A stretch of 64,000 nt of DNA from Bacteroidaceae bacterium (lineage in GTDB: Bacteria > Bacteroidota > Bacteroidia > Bacteroidales > Bacteroidaceae): assembly GCA_017462065.1 (NCBI GenBank), contig JAFTRV010000067.1, positions 3,237 through 67,236 on the forward strand, written 5' to 3'. A model generated the notes under the pieces. It was not told the origin of the DNA. It saw only the letters and a list, made by a program, of their open reading frames with translations, and searched no databases. The translations under genes and the position numbers were made by a program. Positions 57,997-64,000 of the stretch are shown here, in pieces; within the stretch, counting starts at the first letter, position 1, and every line of letters starts with the position of its first letter.

Positions 57997-59535
57997 ATGC
58001 TTGTAAAAGTCCTTGCAGCAGCCATTCAGGGCATCAACGCTACGCTCGTCACCATTGAGGTGAACGCCTTGCGAGGTATAAAGTTCTACCTTGTAGGCTT
58101 GCCCGACAATGCCGTTAAAGAGAGCCAGCAACGCATAAACTCAGCGCTCAACCACAACGGCATGCGTTTCCCGAGCAAACAGATTATTGTGAACATGGCT
58201 CCCGCCGACATAAAGAAGGAGGGGTCGGCGTACGACCTTCCGATAGCTGTCGGCATACTTGCCGCCGACGAGGCCGTATCGGCGGCGAAGCTCGGCAGAT
58301 ACCTTATAATGGGCGAGCTGGGGCTCGACGGCAAGCTGATGCCGATAAAAGGAGCCCTGCCTATCACATTGAAAGCAAAGGAACTGGGATACGAAGGCAT
58401 AATACTGCCCGAGGGCAATGCTGCCGAGGCGGCTGTCGTGAACGGCATATCAGTGCTTGGAGCGGGCGACCTCATGCAGGTAATACGGTTCCTGAACGAC
58501 GAAGAGTGTATTGAGCCGTTCCGTGTAGACATAGAAAAGGACCTTTATTCAATGCAGAGCAGTTTCCCGTTCGACTTCAGCGAGGTACGCGGCCAGGAAA
58601 GCGTGAAGCGTGCATTGGAGGTAGCCGCCGCTGGCGGTCACAACCTTATAATGGTAGGCCCTCCGGGAAGCGGCAAGTCAATGATGGCGAAGCGCCTGCC
58701 AAGCATTCTGCCCCCGCTCACGCTGGAGGAGAGCCTTGAGACCACAAAGATACATTCTGTAAGCGGCATGATGCCCGACGGAGTGTCGCTGATAACGCAG
58801 CGTCCTTTCCGCAGCCCCCACCACACCATTTCGTCAGTAGCCCTCTGCGGCGGAGGCGCCAACCCCAAGCCGGGAGAGATATCACTGGCGCACAACGGTG
58901 TGCTGTTCCTTGACGAGCTGCCCGAGTTCAACAGAGACGTGCTTGAGGTCATGCGTCAGCCGCTCGAGGACCGCAAGATATGCGTGGCGCGCGCCAACTA
59001 CAAAGTAGAATACCCCGCCGGAGTGATGTTCGTGGCCTCGATGAACCCCTGTCCGTGCGGTTTTTACAACCACCCGACAAAGGACTGCACATGCAGCCCC
59101 GGGCAGGTACAACGCTACCTTAACAAGATAAGCGGCCCCCTGCTCGACCGCATAGACCTGCAGATTGAGATTGTACCCGTGCCGTTCGAGGAGATTTCAA
59201 GCACTGCCCCGGGCGAGCCGAGCGCAGCTATCAGAGAGCGTGTCATTGCGGCCCGCAAGATACAGGAGGGACGCTTCATGAACGAGAAAGGCATATACTG
59301 CAACGCCCAGATGACGCCGAAGCTCTTAGCGAAATATGCCATTCTTGACGACACCAGCCTTGCGATGCTGAAGACGGCGATGACCCGCTTCGACCTTTCG
59401 GCCCGGGCGTACGACCGCATACTGAAGGTCGCCCGTACCATCGCCGACCTTGACAAGAGCGAGGACATACAGTTCCAGCACATTGCCGAGGCAATAGGCT
59501 ACCGCAACCTCGACAGAGGCACATGGGGAAATTAA
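57997..59535 (+). CDS. comM: YifB/ComM-family Mg-chelatase-like AAA+ ATPase
   Basis: Lon-like N-terminal domain. Walker A GPPGSGKSM. VLFLDELPEF. Confidence 0.9.
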   Translation: MLVKVLAAAIQGINATLVTIEVNALRGIKFYLVGLPDNAVKESQQRINSALNHNGMRFPSKQIIVNMAPADIKKEGSAYDLPIAVGILAADEAVSAAKLGRYLIMGELGLDGKLMPIKGALPITLKAKELGYEGIILPEGNAAEAAVVNGISVLGAGDLMQVIRFLNDEECIEPFRVDIEKDLYSMQSSFPFDFSEVRGQESVKRALEVAAAGGHNLIMVGPPGSGKSMMAKRLPSILPPLTLEESLETTKIHSVSGMMPDGVSLITQRPFRSPHHTISSVALCGGGANPKPGEISLAHNGVLFLDELPEFNRDVLEVMRQPLEDRKICVARANYKVEYPAGVMFVASMNPCPCGFYNHPTKDCTCSPGQVQRYLNKISGPLLDRIDLQIEIVPVPFEEISSTAPGEPSAAIRERVIAARKIQEGRFMNEKGIYCNAQMTPKLLAKYAILDDTSLAMLKTAMTRFDLSARAYDRILKVARTIADLDKSEDIQFQHIAEAIGYRNLDRGTWGN

Positions 59536-59555
59536 CTTAAGACAAAGAACGAACA

Positions 59556-60140
59556 ATGGAGATAAACAGAGTCTGCGTATATTGCGCATCGAGCAACAAG
59601 GCTGCCGGGATTTACGGCGACACGGCGTATGAATTGGGAACGCTCCTTGCTAAGGAGGGCATCACCGTGGTTACCGGCGCAGGGAGCATCGGGCTCATGC
59701 GTCAGGTCGAGGACGGAGCTTTGGACAACGGCGGCAAGGCCATAGGCGTTATTCCGCAGTTCATGGTGGAGCAAGGCTGGCACCATACGGGGCTTACGGA
59801 GCTGCACATAACACGCGACATGCATGAACGCAAGCAGATGATGGCTAAGCTGAGCGACGCAGTCATCGCCCTGCCTGGCGGCTGCGGCACAATTGAGGAG
59901 CTTAGCGAGATAATAACATGGAAGCAGCTCGGACTCTACTTCAACCCCATTGTGATACTTAACATCAACGGCTATTACGACCCGTTCATCGCACAGCTCA
60001 ACAAGGCTGTCGAAGAGCATTTCATGGGCGAGATACACAGCCGCATATGGAGCGTGGCAAGCACGCCCGCCGAAGCTATCGAGATTATCAGGAACACCCC
60101 GCTGTGGGATGCGTCAGTAAGAAAATACGCAGCGTTATGA
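59556..60140 (+). CDS. LOG-family (TIGR00730) nucleotide phosphoribohydrolase
   Basis: PGGCGTIEE motif and GAGSIGLM. Confidence 0.85.
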   Translation: MEINRVCVYCASSNKAAGIYGDTAYELGTLLAKEGITVVTGAGSIGLMRQVEDGALDNGGKAIGVIPQFMVEQGWHHTGLTELHITRDMHERKQMMAKLSDAVIALPGGCGTIEELSEIITWKQLGLYFNPIVILNINGYYDPFIAQLNKAVEEHFMGEIHSRIWSVASTPAEAIEIIRNTPLWDASVRKYAAL

Positions 60141-60832
60141 CAGGGACTCCCGTACCATACAACATGCTGAACGACAACATGGTGATGACAATGTTCGTAT
60201 TGAACATCATAGGCATCTCGTACGTGTTCCTGATGAATGGCGCAAGCATATTAGAACGCCTTAAGTGCATGTTCTACTACGAGAGCAAAAGCACCCCATA
60301 TAACGACAGGACGCACATTACAAGAATATGCAACGTCCTCATGTACGGGCAGACTGCGTTCTACACAATGGTAATAGTCACGAAACTCCTTTCAGAAAGC
60401 GGCGTTTACAGCGCCGCAAACGGAACTCCCGGGCTGTTCGGCATAATACTGCTGCTGTTCCTTGCTGTACTTTTGTTCAAATACGTCAGCTACAACGCCG
60501 TGAACAACATACTCTTCACGAAGCAGCAGTCGCAGAGGTGGAGCGAAGTATATTTCTTTACATTAAAGCTGCTCGGCTTCGTTCTTGCGCCCGCAGGAAT
60601 GACAATACTCTTCGCTCACGACAGATTTATTAATTTTGTGAAATTTTATCTACTTTTTGCTCTGCTGATATACTCATACACGGTTTTCAACAACCTCAGA
60701 AAAATCATTTTCACTCAAAGACGCAACTATTTGGATATTTTTTTGTATCTTTGCGCACTTGAATTTCTGCCAATGGGAATTGTGTGGAAATTCGCACTAC
60801 AGATGAGTGAGTTTCTAACAGCAAAAATTTAG
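60137..60832 (+). CDS. Multi-pass membrane protein (DUF4271-like)
   Basis: ATGA overlap with the LOG gene. Several TM helices. It occupies the conserved position upstream of hemD in Bacteroidales. It ends in TAG. Confidence 0.55.
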   Translation: MTGTPVPYNMLNDNMVMTMFVLNIIGISYVFLMNGASILERLKCMFYYESKSTPYNDRTHITRICNVLMYGQTAFYTMVIVTKLLSESGVYSAANGTPGLFGIILLLFLAVLLFKYVSYNAVNNILFTKQQSQRWSEVYFFTLKLLGFVLAPAGMTILFAHDRFINFVKFYLLFALLIYSYTVFNNLRKIIFTQRRNYLDIFLYLCALEFLPMGIVWKFALQMSEFLTAKI

Positions 60833-60836
60833 AACA

Positions 60837-61580
60837 TTGAAGGTAAGTAAGATTCTGGTTTCACAACCAAAACCAGCTACAGGAAAGTCTCCATATTTTG
60901 ATACGGCGGAGAAGCATAAGGTGCAGATAGACTTCTGTTCCTTTATAAAAGTTGAGGGTGTTACATCAAAGGAGTTCAGACAGCAGAAGGTTTCGATCTT
61001 AGACCACACTGCAATAGTATTTCTTTCACGTCACGCAATCGATCACTTCTTTACACTCTGCAAAGAGCTGAGAGTGACCATCCCCGATGACATGAAGTAC
61101 TTCTGCCTTTCCGAGACCATCTCACTCTACAGTCAGAAGTATGTCCAGTACCGCAAGCGCAAGGTATTCTTCGGCAACGGGCACATTCAGGACCTTGAGC
61201 CGCTCTTCGCAAAGCACAAGACCGAGAAGTTCTTCGTGCCCACATCGAACGTACACAATGCCGAGATAAACGCCCTGTTCGACAAGTACGAGATTGCACA
61301 CTCGCAGGCCGAGATGTACCGCACGGTAAGCACAGAGATTGACGCTGAATACATCAAGTCGTACGACATGCTTATATTCTTCAGCCCGCACGGCATCGAC
61401 TCATTGAAGAAGAACGTGCCCGACTACGTTCAAGGCGAGCAGCTGATCGCATGCTTCGGCAACGTGACAGCGAAATGCATAAAGGATAACGGTTTGAGGC
61501 TCGACCTTGAGGCGCCGTCCGCCACGGCGACGAACATGCCGGCAGCTTTGGACGCATTCCTTACAGCGAACAACAAGTAA
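60837..61580 (+). CDS. hemD: Uroporphyrinogen-III synthase-like protein
   Basis: ILVSQPKP start and HemD-like two-lobe length. TTG start. Confidence 0.65.
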   Translation: MKVSKILVSQPKPATGKSPYFDTAEKHKVQIDFCSFIKVEGVTSKEFRQQKVSILDHTAIVFLSRHAIDHFFTLCKELRVTIPDDMKYFCLSETISLYSQKYVQYRKRKVFFGNGHIQDLEPLFAKHKTEKFFVPTSNVHNAEINALFDKYEIAHSQAEMYRTVSTEIDAEYIKSYDMLIFFSPHGIDSLKKNVPDYVQGEQLIACFGNVTAKCIKDNGLRLDLEAPSATATNMPAALDAFLTANNK

Positions 61581-61649
61581 CATAAAGAGAGGGGCGCTAT
61601 TGAGCAGCCCCTTTTTTTTAGCAATAGCAACCCTATCACAGTTACCGAA

Positions 61650-62063
61650 ATGGAACAGCCCACTCCACGAAACACATTCCCCCTGAAAGAGCATCTCAAG
61701 AGCAAGAAAGCTATTGAGAAGCTGTATGCCGAGGGCGCATCGGTAACGTCGTTCCCCCTGCGCGCCGTGTTCATGGAGCAGGCAGAAGGCGAGCAGGAGC
61801 CTACGGCCGCAATACTCATAAGCGTAGCCAAGCGACGCTTCAAGCACGCCGTAGACCGCAACCTGCTGAAAAGACGCATGCGCGAGGCCTACCGCACCGA
61901 GAAGCACGCCTTTGTGGAGACCCTTGAGAAGAGCGGCAAGAAGGTCGCTGTGGCCATAATGTATATCGACACCAAGCCAAGCAGCACAGCCTACCTGAAG
62001 CGAAAGATGGGAAAGCTGCTGAACGGCATACTATCAAAAGCGGAAGTCGTATGCGAAAAATAA
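61650..62063 (+). CDS. rnpA: Ribonuclease P protein component
   Basis: Basic protein ([22 protein letters not shown]) immediately upstream of yidD. Confidence 0.8.
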   Translation: MEQPTPRNTFPLKEHLKSKKAIEKLYAEGASVTSFPLRAVFMEQAEGEQEPTAAILISVAKRRFKHAVDRNLLKRRMREAYRTEKHAFVETLEKSGKKVAVAIMYIDTKPSSTAYLKRKMGKLLNGILSKAEVVCEK

Positions 62064-62272
62064 TCGTAGACATACTTGTACTGCCGATAAAGTTCTACCA
62101 GCATGTCATCTCGCCGATGACTCCGCCGTCGTGCCGTTTCACCCCCACATGCTCACAATATGCGATAGAGGCGCTCCGCAAGCATGGCCCCATAAAAGGG
62201 CTGTACCTTGCCGTAAGACGCATTCTTCGCTGCCACCCATGGGGAGGGTCGGGATACGACCCTGTTCCGTGA
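62051..62272 (+). CDS. yidD: Membrane protein insertion efficiency factor YidD
   Basis: [15 protein letters not shown] ... [13 protein letters not shown]. Confidence 0.9.
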   Translation: MRKIIVDILVLPIKFYQHVISPMTPPSCRFTPTCSQYAIEALRKHGPIKGLYLAVRRILRCHPWGGSGYDPVP

Positions 62273-62288
62273 CAAGCTACGCAAGCGT

Positions 62289-62912
62289 ATGGAATTTACA
62301 GACATTCACACCCACATGCCGCCCGCAGAGGGAAAGCCCGCAATTTACAACTGCGGCACGGAGCATATTGCCGGAATAAAAGTGTCTGCAGGTATACACC
62401 CGTGGAATGTTTCCGACGACTGGGAAGAGAAGTTCAAGATTGTTGAAGCAATTGCTCAGAATGACAACTGCATAGCAGTTGGAGAGTGCGGCATCGACAA
62501 ATTGAAAGGCGGCTGTACCGAGATTCAGGAAGAGGCGTTCCGTGCCCACGCCATGCTTGCCGAGAAGATAAAGAAACCCCTTATAATACATTGCGTAAAG
62601 AGCATTGACGCCATCATAGCCATGCATAAGGAGACAGCCCCCGAACAGGCCTGGATAATACACGGCTTCAGAGGCAAGCCACAACAGGCCATGCAACTGA
62701 TAAAGGCAGGGCTTTACGTCTCGTTCGGCGAGCATTTCAATGCCGAAAGCGTAAAAGCGGTGCCGCTCGAGAGAATCCTCATAGAGAGCGACGAGAGCCG
62801 GCTGCCGATAGAAGAGATATACAGCCTCGCGGCAGAAGCCAAAGGCATAACCGCCGAAGAGCTGGCCTGCATTGTCCGTGACAACGCCAAAAAATGCAAC
62901 ATGCTGCTATAA
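62289..62912 (+). CDS. TatD-family metal-dependent hydrolase
   Basis: FTDIHTH, GECGIDK, IIHC, ESD motifs. Confidence 0.8.
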   Translation: MEFTDIHTHMPPAEGKPAIYNCGTEHIAGIKVSAGIHPWNVSDDWEEKFKIVEAIAQNDNCIAVGECGIDKLKGGCTEIQEEAFRAHAMLAEKIKKPLIIHCVKSIDAIIAMHKETAPEQAWIIHGFRGKPQQAMQLIKAGLYVSFGEHFNAESVKAVPLERILIESDESRLPIEEIYSLAAEAKGITAEELACIVRDNAKKCNMLL

Positions 62913-62974
62913 AGATGCCATTTCCGTTATTGTTTTCAAATTATTTAGTATATTAGCACAAAATAAGCGTGCAG

Positions 62975-63409
62975 ATGTCAGCCAAGAGAAGAAAAAAAAC
63001 ACAAGAGGCACATGTAATAACGATTGCCAAGCTGCGTGACAAGCGTGGCAACTTGTCTGTCATAGAGGATAACGGGCTGTTGCCTTTCAGCATAGCACGC
63101 ACATACTGGATATACGACGTTCCCGGCGGAGAGTCACGAGGCGGACACGCATACTTCAAAAGCGAAGAGTTCATAATTGCGCTGTCAGGCAGCTTTGAAG
63201 TGAACATTCACGACGGCAATGGGGAACAGACCTTTCAACTCGGCCGTTGCAACAAGGGGCTCTATGTACCGGCAGGCACCTGGCGAAGAATACAGAACTT
63301 CGCCACCAACTCCATTGCATTGGTCATTACATCAACGGCATACAGCCCCAAAGACTACATTAGAGACTTCGATACCTTTGTCAAACTCAAACAGAACGGC
63401 CAACTATGA
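62975..63409 (+). CDS. FdtA/WxcM-like sugar 3,4-ketoisomerase (cupin), copy 1
   Basis: RGNLSVIE ... FSIARTYWIYDVPGGESRGGHAY, the typical FdtA pattern. Confidence 0.75.
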   Translation: MSAKRRKKTQEAHVITIAKLRDKRGNLSVIEDNGLLPFSIARTYWIYDVPGGESRGGHAYFKSEEFIIALSGSFEVNIHDGNGEQTFQLGRCNKGLYVPAGTWRRIQNFATNSIALVITSTAYSPKDYIRDFDTFVKLKQNGQL

Positions 63410-63822
63410 AAACAACAATAGACGATTGCCGAATCATTGAGTTAGGCAAGCATCATGGAGCTACAGGCAACATAACCGTGGTAGAGAACAACAAGGTCAT
63501 AGACTTTGACATAAAACGTATTTTCTATATTTACGACATCCCCGGAGGCGCGACGCGCGGCATGCATGCGCACAAGACACTGCACGAACTTATCATTGCC
63601 GCTACGGGAAGCTTTGAGGTGCGGGTGTTCGATGGAGAGCGGGAAAAAACCATACTCCTCAACCACCCCTCAAAAGCCCTGCTCCTGCCAAATGGCATAT
63701 GGGAAGAACTTAGGAACTTTTCATCCGGAGCGACCGCATTAGTCCTTGCGTCAAACCCTTACCAGCCCGACGACTATTACCGGGACATGAATGAATTCCT
63801 TGAACAAAAAAGAGAAGAATGA
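63406..63822 (+). CDS. FdtA/WxcM-like sugar 3,4-ketoisomerase (cupin), copy 2
   Basis: GNITVVE ... IKRIFYIYDIPGGATRGMHAH. 4-nt overlaps on both sides. Confidence 0.75.
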   Translation: MKTTIDDCRIIELGKHHGATGNITVVENNKVIDFDIKRIFYIYDIPGGATRGMHAHKTLHELIIAATGSFEVRVFDGEREKTILLNHPSKALLLPNGIWEELRNFSSGATALVLASNPYQPDDYYRDMNEFLEQKREE

Positions 63823-64000
63823 TACCATATCTGCCACTTGACAAGATTACTGAAAAGTTCCAGCCTGCACTGCAACGCAAGATTGAAGATGTTGTAGCGA
63901 AAGGAATGTACCTTCTTGGCGAAGAGACAGCCTTGTTCGAGAAGGAATACGCAGAATACATTGGTTCGAGGCACTGCGTCTCCTGCGGCAACGGATACGA
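63819..64000 (+). CDS. DegT/DnrJ/EryC1-family sugar aminotransferase, N-terminal fragment (runs off the window)
   Basis: MIPYLPLDKI ... LLGEETALFEKEYAEYIGSRHCVSCGNG, the typical N-terminus. Confidence 0.75.
   Translation, partial: MIPYLPLDKITEKFQPALQRKIEDVVAKGMYLLGEETALFEKEYAEYIGSRHCVSCGNGY

Overview
This is a Bacteroidales-type chromosomal segment. The evidence is a SusC/SusD pair, T9SS components and cargo, and TAnnTTTG -7 promoter boxes upstream of many genes. All product calls come from reading the translated ORFs and recognising motifs from memory; no database search was possible. Most of the window is housekeeping or core: the 3' part of sprA, purA, hisS, pta-ackA, an efp-GT2-radC-DUF59-lpxH operon, an RND efflux operon, korAB, an N-glycan/sialic-acid type PUL (SusC/SusD, a GH85-like enzyme, a GH33 sialidase), rpsO, typA, comM, hemD, rnpA-yidD-tatD, and the start of a 3-amino-sugar locus. 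The one clearly accessory region is a low-GC element of about 7.59 kb (5431-13020) inserted exactly at the 3' end of tRNA-Arg(CCT). Hand-counted 60-nt samples give 38% GC inside it and 57% in the flank. It carries a large serine recombinase (LSR) whose reading frame crosses the junction into the tRNA. Joining the two element ends reconstructs a dyad-symmetric attP core centred on AC, lying inside the LSR gene. In that circular form the ORF continues for 30 codons and is followed by a terminator. The element also encodes a Rep_trans-type initiator (or MOB_T-like relaxase) with a small NUMOD3-like protein, and a second, small serine recombinase co-transcribed with an SH3-like protein. A structured leader of about 240 nt and a 50-codon ORF are coupled to the LSR gene. 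Its cargo module consists of an HTH-NADAR fusion, a membrane-anchored L7/L12-CTD-like miniprotein, a zinc-ribbon/PH-like protein and a small HTH protein. Other oddities: (a) two arrays of a 7-nt repeat flanking a GC-rich core just after sprA, plus a 10-bp-phased CCCTTAR array; (b) an 85-bp tandem duplication that triplicates the efp promoter box; (c) an in-frame TAG separating the signal peptide from the catalytic part of the sialidase; (d) a TlpA-like protein that lacks its CXXC motif.
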